Below, in pieces: positions 9,131 to 20,502 of a DNA stretch of 64,000 nt (the stretch's first letter is position 1; every line of letters starts with the position of its first letter). Location: positions 896,001 to 960,000 of the forward strand of contig CAWCYI010000006.1 in assembly GCA_963799845.1 (NCBI GenBank), in the 5' to 3' direction. A program made the translations under genes and the position numbers. The notes under the pieces are model-generated. The model searched no databases. It was not told the DNA's origin and saw only the letters and a list, made by a program, of their open reading frames with translations. The stretch comes from an uncultured Nitrososphaerota archaeon (GTDB lineage Archaea; Thermoproteota; Nitrososphaeria; Nitrososphaerales; CADDZS01).

Positions 9131-11143
9131 TCAGAGGATCTGCTGCGCCTGAGTTTGGCTGTGACCTCTGATCGCTCTATCAAAACCAATTTTGCTGAGA
9201 ACCACCAGCCACCGGGGATCCTGCCAGAGATTCTCAAATGCGAAATCGACCGCTACTGAAAATAGATATCCAGATCGTTCTTCGATCGCCCTGAAGAGCC
9301 ACTCGAACGCCCTGTCATTGTCCCCGGTATTGGCGTAGACTCCTGCAATGGCAATCGGAGATCCCTTTCCGTTTTCCCAAAGGTCTAGCAGCTTGGAAAG
9401 GATCCTGATTGCCTCCTCGTTTTTTCCAGCTTTTGAATACGCGTAGGCGAGATCATTTAGGTGGAAGGGGACGCCTTCACCAGCCAAATCAATCGCCTTC
9501 TTTATCTCGGAAATTCCTTGATCGAACTCACCGGTGCGCACGTGGCAACAGCCTAGCGCGTCGAATGCAAATGCTGAGTTAGGATCCAGATAAATGGCAT
9601 TCATCAAAAACGCCTTGGCCTCTTCGACGTGGCCATTGTAGAGATGGACGACCCCGGCGATTGTAAAGGTCTCGGCGGAAAGTGGGTCGAGATCTATTGC
9701 GCGTTTTGCTTCCCTTATCGCCTCATCGGATCTTCCGAATTGTCCTAAGAATAACGAAAACAGTGTGTGGACGTAGGAAAGACTCGGATTCAGTTGGATG
9801 GCTCGCTGGAATTCCAGTTCCGCTTCAGCGAATTTCCAATCCTGTAGATTCAACACTGTAGCAAGTGCGGCGTGGGCTTCAGCGATGGAGTCATCAATTT
9901 CCAATGCTCTTTGCGCGTAGGCTCTCGCCTTGGGGAGCACTCCTCTGGTCGGAATTATTTCCCATGCGCCTAGACCTGCGTAGCAATCGGCTATCGCGGC
10001 ATATGCCCGGGCGTAGCCCGGGTCCCTCTCTATCGCCTGCTCGAAAAGTTTGATTGCATCACCGTAAGATTTCTCCGTAACGTGGAGAGAATAAAATCGT
10101 CCGCGCAGATATAGCGAGTGCGCCTCAACACTCATCGTTCCCAAATTCTCGATTCTTTCCCTGTCCCTATCCAGAAGCTTCAGTTCAAGGGAGCTCGCGA
10201 CATGCTGGGCTATCTCGCTTTGTATCGAAAACACGTCTTCAAGTGTCCTGTCATAGACCTCAGACCAGACTTGGCGGTCGGCGGCGACGTCGATCAGCTG
10301 CACCGACGTGCGCACGCGGCTCCCTGCACGGCGAATACTGCCCTCTAAGATACTTCCTACTTTGAGTTCTTCGCCAATCTCAGTTAGGCGCTTGATTTGA
10401 CCCTTGTACCGCATCACAGATGTTCGAGATACAACGCTGAGCTGAGTAATTTTCGAAACCGAGGAAATTAGCTCCTCCGTTATCCCGTCCGCGAAGAATT
10501 CGCTTTCCGGATCAGTACTCACTTTAGCGAATGGTAGAATGGCGATTCTATTTTTATCGAGTCGGGGAGTTCCGCGTTTGCTCCAGACCGCCCTCTCCCA
10601 GGGGAGAAGGATCTTGTAGATCGTGATAGGGACATTGACATTTTTTAGCTGCGTAAACTCAAGTTGGACAATTGGAAGTCCGAGTTTGTTCCTTATCTGA
10701 TCAAAAACCTGACCTGAAATGCAGATTCCCTCAGGGTCTGCGAGAGGCTGGATCCGAGAAGTGATGTTAACAGTATCACCGAATACGTCACCCTCTCGAT
10801 GGACTACATCTCCATAGTGAATCCCTATCCGTAGTTTAGTTTTCCAAGGATCAGGAACAGACCTATTGGATTCGTGAAAGGACTTTTGAATTTCTACCGA
10901 GCACTTGCAAGCCTCCAGCACGTCTTCGAATTCGATTAGAAAAGAATCCCCGATGGTCTTGACTTCCCGCGCGTGGAATTTATGAATTAACTCTCGAACC
11001 TTTCGATTGTGCATTTCCAGAGATTCAAGAGCGCGCGATTCATCCAACTGCGTCAGCGAGGTGTATCCTACCAGATCAGTGAACATGATTGCTGAGAGGT
11101 TTCGCATATCGCAGTCGCGCCTGACAACCACTTGCTTGGCCAT
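9131..11143 (-). CDS. class III adenylate/guanylate cyclase with TolB-N-like and TPR domains
   Basis: AIMFTDLVGYT, KTIGDSF, RIGIHYGDV, GDTVNITSRI, IAILPF...DGITEELI, TPRs. Confidence 0.92.
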   Translation of the reverse strand: MAKQVVVRRDCDMRNLSAIMFTDLVGYTSLTQLDESRALESLEMHNRKVRELIHKFHAREVKTIGDSFLIEFEDVLEACKCSVEIQKSFHESNRSVPDPWKTKLRIGIHYGDVVHREGDVFGDTVNITSRIQPLADPEGICISGQVFDQIRNKLGLPIVQLEFTQLKNVNVPITIYKILLPWERAVWSKRGTPRLDKNRIAILPFAKVSTDPESEFFADGITEELISSVSKITQLSVVSRTSVMRYKGQIKRLTEIGEELKVGSILEGSIRRAGSRVRTSVQLIDVAADRQVWSEVYDRTLEDVFSIQSEIAQHVASSLELKLLDRDRERIENLGTMSVEAHSLYLRGRFYSLHVTEKSYGDAIKLFEQAIERDPGYARAYAAIADCYAGLGAWEIIPTRGVLPKARAYAQRALEIDDSIAEAHAALATVLNLQDWKFAEAELEFQRAIQLNPSLSYVHTLFSLFLGQFGRSDEAIREAKRAIDLDPLSAETFTIAGVVHLYNGHVEEAKAFLMNAIYLDPNSAFAFDALGCCHVRTGEFDQGISEIKKAIDLAGEGVPFHLNDLAYAYSKAGKNEEAIRILSKLLDLWENGKGSPIAIAGVYANTGDNDRAFEWLFRAIEERSGYLFSVAVDFAFENLWQDPRWLVVLSKIGFDRAIRGHSQTQAQQIL

Positions 11144-11200
11144 TGATGATTTTTGTAGGGAATAAATTGATTGGGGAAAAACGCTCGTCTTCTCACTCTT

Positions 11201-11311
11201 GTGGGGGCGACCCCCGCACGAATTTACTAGTAAAAATCCATCCCGGTGCGTAACTCCACAGTCGATGAGTTTAGGCTAGAAACGGGATTCGGACGCGAAT
11301 TTACTAGCAAA
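11201..11311 (+). repeat. two dispersed repeat copies
   Basis: CCCCCGCACGAATTTACTAGTAAAAA (palindrome at 11223) and GGGATTCGGACGCGAATTTACTAGCAAA (11300). Confidence 0.85.
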
Positions 11312-11382
11312 GAAACGATTCCAAAGTCTGAGTGTCTGGGTGCTCCCAAGCAGGCGCGAGTACCAAAAGTTAGAATTTCGGA

Positions 11383-11664
11383 TCATGAATTGAATCGTTT
11401 GACTTGGATTACTACCCAGCTATCGAAAGTCGGAATTAGGCCAGGGAACAGCTTGTCAGGATGATCGAACTCCACATCTATTGAAAGTATCCTGCGAGAT
11501 CTTTCGAATCTTTCGAATTTGACATTGTGAAATCCATCAGATTCGATTAACTTCTCTTTGGCCGAATTCAAGAATTCCTCTTCAAAACTATTGGCCTGCT
11601 CACCTTCGCTATCGCTGAGCAACCTTTCATAGCTCGCAAGCCATTTTCTCATCGGACCGCCCAT
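11383..11664 (-). CDS. hypothetical protein
   Basis: 93-aa ORF. Confidence 0.5.
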   Translation of the reverse strand: MGGPMRKWLASYERLLSDSEGEQANSFEEEFLNSAKEKLIESDGFHNVKFERFERSRRILSIDVEFDHPDKLFPGLIPTFDSWVVIQVKRFNS

Positions 11665-11827
11665 TGTAAATCTCCAAAATTTGCTACGATCCGATCAGAA
11701 ACCACTCAATAGGTCTATTGATTCTATTTATGGCACGAATAAAAGAATAGTCCCACTTGTCTTTTAGACGTACCTACAATATAATTACTAAATTTCCCAG
11801 ATTGACTTTCCAGGGTGAGTATTTGGC

Positions 11828-12463
11828 ATGGGTTTCTGAGAAATTCTGATTCCGCAAGACAAGATATTTTTTGAGTCGTTCACGCACCAGGCGAAGAATA
11901 TCCTTCTCGCCTCGCAAAAGCTGAATGCAGCGTTTGATACGAAAGAACTTTCCATTGATGAAGCGAGAAATGCGATTCGAGAGATCGAGCATGAAAGCGA
12001 CCAGCTCGTTCACTCCATTTATGATCGATTGAACGAGTCCTTTGTGACTCCGATTGACAGCGATGATATTCTGAAACTGTCGTCAGATTATGATACCATA
12101 GTCGATTTCATCTGGGCGACCATTAATCGGTACTATCTCTACAAGATTTCCTCACCCGACGAAACGATGAAGAGGTTCTCGCAAATAGTGGTAAAATGTG
12201 GTGAAGAGATCGTGAAGCTCACTTCAGCAATGACTACGAAATCAAAACTGAAACAACAGAATGGGAGTGCTGAAGAGATCGACAGGCTCGAGAACGAGGG
12301 AGACGAATTATTGAACGGCGCGGTCGCCAAGTTGTTCGATGAGAAAAAAGATGCGCTCGAGGTAATGAAACTGAAGGAGATTTACGAGCACCTTGAGGAA
12401 ATCACCGATAGGTACGAAGACGCTGCTCTACTCATAAGGGATATCGCCCTGCGGTATTCCTAA
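11828..12463 (+). pseudogene. DUF47 / PhoU-like Pit accessory protein, 5' frameshift
   Basis: IEHESDQLVH, FVTPIDSDDI, LENEGD, IYEHLEEITDR; upstream of pit. Confidence 0.85.
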
Positions 12464-12572
12464 AATCTGATTTTACAAACTCCCATACAATCGTTGAAGA
12501 CGAACAGAGAATTTGGACCGCAAGCCTTGGCTATGCGAAATTTGTTTAATCTCCTCGTGGTAGGGTAAGAAA

Positions 12573-13609
12573 TTGGTGATCGATCAGACACTTCTCATTG
12601 TTGTTGGTCTCATCTTTCTCGCATTAGCATTCGATTTTGTGAACGGTTTTCATGATACTGCGAATTCCATTTCCACAGTCGTTTCAACAAGGGTACTTTC
12701 TCCCAGACTCGCAGTGTTGGTCGCGGCAACCTTCAATTTTGTCGCGTTTTTTGTGGTGGGAGCACCCGTCGCGAAATTCATAGGAGGAAGTATCATTTCT
12801 TCACCGTTGTTTGTCGGTAACCTGATTCTAGAGCTGGTATTTGCAGCGCTTATCGGAGGAATAACCTGGGACCTGATAACATGGTATCTAGGTCTTCCTT
12901 CCTCTTCTTCCCATGCGCTTATTGGCGGCTTGGTAGGTGCTGGCGTCGCTGCGGCTGGAACCAGCGTCGTAAAACTTGCTGGACTCGAAGTCGTTCTCGA
13001 ATACATGGTGCTTTCTCCCATCATCGGAATGATCGTGGCTTTTGGTATAATGATTGGACTGCTCAATCTTCTGAAAAAACTGGCTCCAGCCACCGTGAAC
13101 AAATATTTTCGTAGATTACAGATCGTTTCTTCAAGTGCAGTTTCATTCAGTCACGGATCCAATGACGCTCAGAAAACCATGGGAGTCATAACATTCCTTC
13201 TTATCGGGACAAATTACCTCTCTTCTGGCGGTAATGCGTCTACTGCTTTCCAAGTTCCAGTCTGGGTTGCTCTTGTATGTTTACAACAATTGCATTGGGC
13301 ACGTTTACAGGAGGTTGGAGAATCATAAGAACGATGGGCATGCGTATTACTCATCTCGATCCTATTCATGGCTTTGCTGCTGAGACGGCTTCAGCGGCTG
13401 TGATTCTTGGTGCGAGCTTTTCTGGGATTCCTGTCAGCACTACTCATGTTGTTTCGGGTTCGATTATGGGAGTTGGATCAACAAAGAGATTTTCGGCGGT
13501 TAGATGGGGGATAGCAAGGAGAATTGTTTGGGCGTGGATCATTACCATTCCAATGTCAGCTCTTGTAGCTGGAGGAGTCTTCATACTGACGAAATTTTTG
13601 GTGGGATAA
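12573..13609 (+). pseudogene. pit: inorganic phosphate transporter (PiT family), frameshifted near 13280
   Basis: NGFHDTANSI, PSSSSHALIGG, HGSNDAQK, PVSTTH. Confidence 0.92.
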
Positions 13610-14403
13610 ATCAAACAGTTTTGTTAAATAGATAGTCGTGAAGGCCCTAAATCCCGCAGACTAGATGACTAGAGAAATCAAGATAGCTGAACCTGTCTGG
13701 GAATCAATCAAAGAAGTATCTGAACTGACTGGAATCAGGAAACAATCCCTGGCAAATGTAGCTTAGCAACTATATTTCTGAAATCAAGACAACCGACTTA
13801 GTCTCGTCAATTTCATCCAAAGGAATAATTTGACAGAAAAGAGAGCAAAGGATTTAGAAGAGATGACTTGGTAGGAATTCTGGCGTTTAAAGAAAATTCC
13901 TCTTTTTTTTGCGACCAATTCCTGCAATGATAATGGGTTCGAATAGTACGGGGTTGGACACGAATCCCAAAGCAGCACACTTCTAGCGAACAGTTCGCGA
14001 AAATATGCGGAGTGACTCAGAACTCGCAAAAGTTACGGTGAAACTATGGGATAAATCGGCTATCAATACGAACATGACTTCTGACTCACCTATGACCGAT
14101 CCAAAAAAAGTCGTCGCTGCAAAAGCTAAATATGTCATACGTCATGCTTGTTTAGCTGACCCCTGTGAAGGAGATTGATCAACTACGTGGAGCTCTCGGT
14201 GCCGTAGTTGGCTTCACGATCTCTCTCGGTTTGCCTTGGCCGCAGTTCAGAACATGGGTTCCAAGAAGGGAGTACTTTTCCAAGACTTCTGGGATGGGAT
14301 CTTGGTTTCCCTGACAGTCGACTATTCAGGCCGGACTATGTGACAGATCTGCAAATACAAATCGCACTGCTTCGTGTGAGCAGTGATTCGAGGAAGCAGT
14401 GAC

Positions 14404-15597
14404 ATGAAGGAATCGCAGTCTTCCGTCGTTGATCGGCTGAAGAACTTGGGTCCGGCCTGGCTTGTCATGATTGCAGATATCGACGTAGCATCCATTGTCA
14501 CTGGGTTGCAGGCAGGATCAGTATGGGGCAATAGGATGATCTTCATCATGCTTGCGCTCACCGTACCATTATTCTTCATCCAAGACGCAGCAGGTCGTCT
14601 GGGGATAGCTTCAGGCGTCGGACTAGGCGAAGCGATACGGAAGTACATGGGGAGAAGGATAGCTATACTTGCAGCCCTTCCAATGGGAATAAGCGACTTT
14701 CTTGAGTATGTCGCGGAATACGCGGGGATCGCCGTCGGCCTCTACCTTCTCAAACTTCCGGTGTTGCCGGGGCTACTCATAGTCTACGCTGTGCACACGA
14801 TTATAGTGATTGGACGGCAGTACAGGCAGGCGGAGATAATCCTGCTTCCACTCAGCTTCCTCGTCGTGGCAGGAATCGCACTTTCTGTGTTTGCATTCCA
14901 CTTCGATGTGAGGGAAGTATTTTACGTAGGTCTTTCACCATTCCAGCCTTACGGGAACCCCTCATTCGATTATCTCTTGGCTGCAAGCACCGGAGCGGTG
15001 GTCATGCCCTGGATGCTCTACTTCCACTCCGGCGCAGTCTCCAGGAAGGGAAAGAAACCCCAGGCAATGAAGGACGAGCGCATCGAAACGTTCCTTGGAG
15101 CGGTTGTGTCCGAAGTGCTCATGGCCGTGATTGTCATTGACGGATCGCATCTTCCCAGCGCAGGGAATTTCATTGGCATAACTGAGTTGTCTAACGCACT
15201 TTCCTTATTTGGTGAAAATGCTTCGCTCCTAATGGGAATAGGTTTCATCTCTGCGGGCTTTCTGGCGCTAGTTGTTGTTTCGCTGGGCTCGGCGTGGGGT
15301 GTGCTGGAAGCAATCAATGCAAAGTCCAGGAAATCATTCCTGATGGTCTATGCACTGGAGAGCGTCCCTGCTCTCTTGCTAGTCGCAATCTCCACGAGCT
15401 ACCTGCAACTGATACTCGACCTTATGGTGATCTACACCATAATCATTTTGCCCTCTCTCTTTTTCCTCGGCATGCTTGTCTCACGACGAGATGTAATGAA
15501 TGGGCATCAGCACGGTCCCTATTGGATGGGAATGTTTTGGATCATGTCTGTGCTGATTGCGATTGGAGGCTTGTTCGGGATTGCGTCGCTAATCTAA
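14404..15597 (+). CDS. NRAMP-family divalent metal transporter
   Basis: GPAWLVMIADID, GAVVMPWMLYFHS, about 11 TM segments. Confidence 0.88.
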   Translation: MKESQSSVVDRLKNLGPAWLVMIADIDVASIVTGLQAGSVWGNRMIFIMLALTVPLFFIQDAAGRLGIASGVGLGEAIRKYMGRRIAILAALPMGISDFLEYVAEYAGIAVGLYLLKLPVLPGLLIVYAVHTIIVIGRQYRQAEIILLPLSFLVVAGIALSVFAFHFDVREVFYVGLSPFQPYGNPSFDYLLAASTGAVVMPWMLYFHSGAVSRKGKKPQAMKDERIETFLGAVVSEVLMAVIVIDGSHLPSAGNFIGITELSNALSLFGENASLLMGIGFISAGFLALVVVSLGSAWGVLEAINAKSRKSFLMVYALESVPALLLVAISTSYLQLILDLMVIYTIIILPSLFFLGMLVSRRDVMNGHQHGPYWMGMFWIMSVLIAIGGLFGIASLI

Positions 15598-15730
15598 TCT
15601 CGCGATTCACGTTAAGGCAGAAATGAAATGTGCAGAGGACGCTTGTAGGCCTTTGGAGTGTAAGTAAAGCAGTTCTCCGAGAGATTATCCAAATTGTTAA
15701 TTGAAAGAATGCTCCCGGCTTATCGAGAAT

Positions 15731-15784
15731 TGTGGGTTTGGGCTTACTAGTAAATCCCGAGTGCGAAATGTGGGACCCCCGCAC
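15731..15784 (+). repeat. dispersed repeat copy
   Basis: GGGTTTGGGCTTACTAGTAAATCCCGAGTGCGAAATGTGGGACCCCCGCAC. Confidence 0.85.
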
Positions 15785-15803
15785 ATGGAAATAAGCACTC
15801 TTC

Positions 15804-17822
15804 TTATTTCTCTTCCGAGATCCAGGGGAAGGCCAGTGGAGTTTGGAGAGCTCCCTTCGTCTCCTCTGATAGGGATGCCAGTATCTCATCGTAGAGAGTT
15901 GCGATCTGCCTTGTGTTCCGCGTCTTTCCCGTGGCGCCCTTTGCACTATTGATTTTCGAGAGTTTGCTGATGATGTGTTGGGGGGTGCTCGACCCGATAT
16001 GGTTGAACTTGGGCTGTCTGTTTACGAGAAGATCGCCCCCTTTCGCGTCGATTCCAATCGCTTCGATTCCGTCAACCCTGATCGGGAGCTTCACGTGAGG
16101 TAAAATCTCGGCTGCTAGGTGTGTCACGAGGAGAACTAGACTACTCCCTGTTGCGATGTGATTCATTATCGATGCGACTATCCTGCCCGCGGCACCAGGT
16201 TCGGTCAATGCCTCGAATTCATCGATCAAGATCAGTTTTGCCTGCTTATCTGCGAAAACTGGAATCAGCGCCTTCAGCGCTTGCTCCAAGCTGCCCACTC
16301 GCTTCGTTGTTCGTCTTCTAAACAGAAATATTGGAACGGGGTTGACTTCAGCATCTTCCGCAGGAACTGGTAACCCCAAGAGTGAAAGAATGTGAATCGT
16401 CGCAACAGTGGTCAGCAGTGTCGTCTTCCCTCCGCTGTTTGCCCCCGTTAACATTACGACGTTACGGGGCCGTGCGTCCAGTTTAATCGAGATCGTTTTT
16501 CCTACGCTGTAACTGATGGGAATAACCTTGCTCTCGTTGCCCTCCATTTGCTCGTGCGATAGCAAGATGTTTTGTCCGTTTACAAATCCAATCCCGTCCG
16601 TCCCGATAATGGGGACAGACAAGGAATATTTTCTCGTGACGATCGCAACTGCAAGCATCTGATCAAATAGGACTACCTTCTCTACAGCCGCGGATACTGC
16701 CGCCCAATATTTCTTTAGGGCGCTCTCGGTTTTCAAAACTTTTCCCTCTAGTTCTGAAAAGAGCCTAGTGCGCCAGGTTTCAATCACGCTCCTGACGGAT
16801 CGGGAGTTTAGCTCTATCGGGATGGTTAGGTTATCAAGTACCGCTTTCCTGAATTTGTTTTCCTCATCCAGGTTCATTTTCAAGCTGGCCGCGATCTCGC
16901 TAACCTGGCTCTCAATGATGCTTTTTGCGGCATATTGATCCGCTCCTCTTCCACCTCTTCGGAATCTCTCGTTGATCGCTAGTTCTACGTCAGAGATTAT
17001 GGCATTAGCGTCTGGTACTTCGAGCCTGGCAAGTCCGTCCAAGAGGCGAATGACTTCTCTTAACGCAATTAGGTCGATGCCTCCGAGCAGAGATGTTATC
17101 GAGTTCGAATTCCCGAACTCAGCCAGGATAGTTAGGACGATATCAATCGCTTTTCGACGAGAGACAAAATAACTGATCGTGTCCGAGTAATTAGAAGGAC
17201 CAGAAGTAGATCTACTAGTTTTCCTGCTTGCAGATTTCTCGGATAGTGACGATGCCTTTGAAGCCAGCTGTATGCCCGAGAGCAGAGATTTCAGCCGATC
17301 GAGAAGACCCAGAGCCTCAGCTTCTTCCAGCATGCTCTTGCCGAGTTTCCAATTGTCCAGTCTTTTCCGAAGCAGGTCCCTCGGGAGCATCTGCCTCTGG
17401 TCAAGTAGGAGTATTCCGTCGCGCGCTACGGCAGAAGAAGCTTCGCTAGCGAAAATTGTCAGTATCTCCTTCGCAAGCCTCCGGGAGTCAGGAGTCCTCA
17501 ACATTTTTCGGACCGTCTGGCCCGATGAGGATTTCTCATGGAATGCTTTCATTGCCCGAAGAGCGTGGTTCCTCGAGGTCTTTGAGTAAGCGCTTAAGCC
17601 TTCAACGTCGCTGAGCTTTATTCTCTCTATAATATCCTGAATTTTTTCTTCGCTGAAGACCGATACATCAATCCTCAGATCTTTTCCGAGACTGTTTTGA
17701 AGTTCGTTTTTGCTCAGAGAACCTTTCTCTACGCTGATAGTAGCCAAAGCCAGCTTTAAACGCATTGAAACCTCGCATAAAGAAGCTTCGTTTAGAAAAA
17801 CTCTAAGAGTGTGAAAAATCAT
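15804..17822 (-). CDS. archaeal MutS-domain ATPase (MutS5-like)
   Basis: LTGANSGGKTT Walker A, LIDEFEALTEPGAA, LVTHL. Confidence 0.85.
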   Translation of the reverse strand: MIFHTLRVFLNEASLCEVSMRLKLALATISVEKGSLSKNELQNSLGKDLRIDVSVFSEEKIQDIIERIKLSDVEGLSAYSKTSRNHALRAMKAFHEKSSSGQTVRKMLRTPDSRRLAKEILTIFASEASSAVARDGILLLDQRQMLPRDLLRKRLDNWKLGKSMLEEAEALGLLDRLKSLLSGIQLASKASSLSEKSASRKTSRSTSGPSNYSDTISYFVSRRKAIDIVLTILAEFGNSNSITSLLGGIDLIALREVIRLLDGLARLEVPDANAIISDVELAINERFRRGGRGADQYAAKSIIESQVSEIAASLKMNLDEENKFRKAVLDNLTIPIELNSRSVRSVIETWRTRLFSELEGKVLKTESALKKYWAAVSAAVEKVVLFDQMLAVAIVTRKYSLSVPIIGTDGIGFVNGQNILLSHEQMEGNESKVIPISYSVGKTISIKLDARPRNVVMLTGANSGGKTTLLTTVATIHILSLLGLPVPAEDAEVNPVPIFLFRRRTTKRVGSLEQALKALIPVFADKQAKLILIDEFEALTEPGAAGRIVASIMNHIATGSSLVLLVTHLAAEILPHVKLPIRVDGIEAIGIDAKGGDLLVNRQPKFNHIGSSTPQHIISKLSKINSAKGATGKTRNTRQIATLYDEILASLSEETKGALQTPLAFPWISEEK

Positions 17823-17838
17823 CCGAGCGTAATATCAA

Positions 17839-18297
17839 ATGCCTGGCAAAACGAAAACGCAAACATATCATCTCTCAAAGATAATCGAAGCCCCTATGCC
17901 GTTCGTGTACGAATGGTGCACCGACTTTAGGGAGGATGATGGAAAACTTACAGGTTCCACGCGGGAACGGAAAATCCTCGAAAAAACAAAAACTAGAGTA
18001 ATCAGTTCTCAGTCGTATATGGAAAATGGAAAGGAATCGGGTCAAGTTTCCATTATTACTCTAAAGGCCCCCAACGCTTGGCATCTGGACACCGCGGGAA
18101 ATACTCGTGAACAGGAAACCGGAGACTATAAGCTGACTAGGCTCGGCAAGAGCAGAACTCGTCTTGACATGGTGTTCGAAGTTAGGTACTGCGGAGGCGC
18201 TCGAATCCCCTCTAAAAAGTGGTGGGAGGACGACTCGAACAAGTTCTGGGATAAGCTGATAGTTGCTCTAATCAGCGATTACTCAAAATCAAAGTAA
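17839..18297 (+). CDS. SRPBCC/START-like protein
   Basis: IIEAPMPFVYEWCTDF; C-terminal Trp-containing helix. Confidence 0.55.
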   Translation: MPGKTKTQTYHLSKIIEAPMPFVYEWCTDFREDDGKLTGSTRERKILEKTKTRVISSQSYMENGKESGQVSIITLKAPNAWHLDTAGNTREQETGDYKLTRLGKSRTRLDMVFEVRYCGGARIPSKKWWEDDSNKFWDKLIVALISDYSKSK

Positions 18298-18391
18298 GAG
18301 ACCTTGGATTACGAGACGACATCTGAGAAAGTAAGAAAGATATTGATGACATGAACTTTAAATCAGAGGGAATCCAAGCTTGTGTTGATAG

Positions 18392-18625
18392 TTGAAGAAA
18401 CTACATCCTCGTGAACTAGAGAAGGACGGGACTATGAACAGCGAGGGCATACTTGCCCGACACGAAACGGAATCAAGGAGCGCCATGATCTCCTATGCGT
18501 TCAAGAGTTTCTCTCCTGTTCCGAGCGACACGGGCACTCAGGGAAAGAAGCCACTCAGATTCTACGCAGCGAACTTCTTCAAGCGATTTGAGGAGCTCCA
18601 GCGAAAGAGAGGCCAGGTTTCCTAA
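18392..18625 (+). CDS. hypothetical protein
   Basis: 77-aa ORF. Confidence 0.4.
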   Translation: MKKLHPRELEKDGTMNSEGILARHETESRSAMISYAFKSFSPVPSDTGTQGKKPLRFYAANFFKRFEELQRKRGQVS

Positions 18626-19227
18626 GCTAAGACTAATTCCTCATGACCACCGTTTTTTTCTCCACTTGATTTTTGACCGTCACCACTTACGGTCTCCCGC
18701 TGGCCTTGCTTATCGTCTTGAGACTGAGCAATCTTTTGGTTTTCGTCTATCTCCCCTAACAGAAAGGGAAACAAGTCTTTGTCTTCTTCCTCCTTGAGGT
18801 AGAGTAGGAGAACTCTTTCAAACTTCTCGAAAGCCGAAAGCTTCTCCTCCCGAGTCAAAACTGCTGCCAATCCATAGATCTCTCTGAATGAATCAGACAT
18901 TGCCTTGTGTTTTTGGATTGTGGATTCAACAACGTCGCTTTTGCTGAAAGCGGTATTGTTGTCAGAGATAGAGGAGAAAGAAACACTTTGAGAACCCGCA
19001 AGAACGTCACGTGTCCTAGACTCTTCTTTTGCGAAATGCGCTCCGAGTAGAGTTCCAAGTTCGACGGTCCGTTTCTCAACGATGTCAAAATCGGCATCAG
19101 TGCCACTAGAAACAAGCGTTTGCAGAATCCAGATGCGTCGTCGGATTTCCTCGTGATCATTTTTCAAAGCCGCAATGAGATCTTTCAGCCGTAATTCGCG
19201 TTCGAGTTGCATCATTCCCACAGCCAA
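18622..19227 (-). CDS. hemerythrin-like domain protein
   Basis: LKNDHEEI, HFAKEE, KH, (Y)LKEEE..LFP. Confidence 0.7.
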   Translation of the reverse strand: MAVGMMQLERELRLKDLIAALKNDHEEIRRRIWILQTLVSSGTDADFDIVEKRTVELGTLLGAHFAKEESRTRDVLAGSQSVSFSSISDNNTAFSKSDVVESTIQKHKAMSDSFREIYGLAAVLTREEKLSAFEKFERVLLLYLKEEEDKDLFPFLLGEIDENQKIAQSQDDKQGQRETVSGDGQKSSGEKNGGHEELVLA

Positions 19228-19407
19228 GCACCTCCCAATTTCTTAATTCATCAAAAAAGATACTTTTCCCGCGACAGAGTATAAGAATTACTAGTATATA
19301 CACGTTCTGCCCTAACAAAGACAGTTTCGAGACATTTCAGATCAAGACTCCGTAAGATCTCAAGAGACGGCTTGAACTGCGGGAATTTGTTGGAACGAGA
19401 TGCAGCT

Positions 19408-19825
19408 TTCGAAAGAATCTCATTGACGGGAGACAATACAGAAGGGGAAAGAAGAAGACTACCATGATGCATCGCAGCTCGAAAGACTCGAAAAAGAAGG
19501 TTGGTTGCAGACAGTTGAACTCTCAGCAAAATCTATCCGGCTTGCAATAGATCTTTCTGACGTGTTGGGTGAAGGGGAGGCGCAAGCTATCGCATTGGCC
19601 TTGGAAAGGAAAGATAGGTTGTTCATTGACGACCTGAAGGGAAGACGCCTCGCGACGATGTATAAAATAGAAAATTCGACGACGCTTGCTATCATCTTCG
19701 AGCTGCTGGTAACTGGCGCCCTTTCAAAGTCAGATTACTTGAAGAATGTGAAAAACTACTGAGCGCAGGGATGGATAAGCGGGGAGATAATTCAAGAATT
19801 CATCCAGAAAGGTCAAGAACTTTGA
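19408..19825 (+). pseudogene. DUF3368 PIN-like protein, degraded
   Basis: LGEGEAQAIALA...FIDDLKGRRLA; 5' truncated, internal TGA at 19760. Confidence 0.7.
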
Positions 19826-20133
19826 GCGAGAGAATATCCTTTGTTATACCAAAGCAAATGAAGAAATCGCTAAAGGAGCTACAGAAGCTGACTGGAGAGG
19901 ATCAATCAACACTTTTGAGAAAACTGGTGAATAAGGGCCTGAGCGAGACCAAGATGGACATCGCCGTGGATCAGTATGAAAAAGAAAAATCATCTCTGGA
20001 GCAATCTTCGGCCATTGCGGGCGTGTCTCTCTGGAAATTTCTCGATGAGCTTCACCGAAGAAACGTAGGGCTAAAATATTCTATCGCCGACGCTGAATCT
20101 GAAATCAACGAGGGGTTGAAGAGAAGGCATTAA
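19822..20133 (+). CDS. UPF0175-family antitoxin-like protein
   Basis: DQSTLLRKL...SLEQSSAIAGVSLWKFLDEL. Confidence 0.8.
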   Translation: MSERISFVIPKQMKKSLKELQKLTGEDQSTLLRKLVNKGLSETKMDIAVDQYEKEKSSLEQSSAIAGVSLWKFLDELHRRNVGLKYSIADAESEINEGLKRRH

Positions 20134-20502
20134 TTTTTTTTAAACGTATCCTCACTGGCCACGTAAAATCCATACCGATGGTAAGAATCGTTTTCTCGCA
20201 CTTCTGGGACTTGCCCTTGCGCGGTTTCTTGAATCGACGCACGAAACGACTGTAACGAGCCTGGCTAAAGAGCGATGGATGAAGGCAGGTTTCTTTAGGC
20301 GCGGGTCTTGGTTCCTCCCATGTCCCAACGAATAATCATGACTCAACGCGCCACGGGAGGCTCCCAATGTATGTCCAAAATAGTCAAGTCGTCGGAAACT
20401 GCGTGACAAACTGCTCTGCTGTGAGAAAGTCCCCCCTTTGGGAGTGGTCGAGTCTGCAGATCAGTGAAATTGATACATAATATATCTTATATTATGTAAA
20501 TC

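Noticed and set aside
14262-14275. yybP-ykoY riboswitch (AAGGGAGTAC resembles GGGGAGUA)
   Set aside because: The other conserved elements of that family could not be found.
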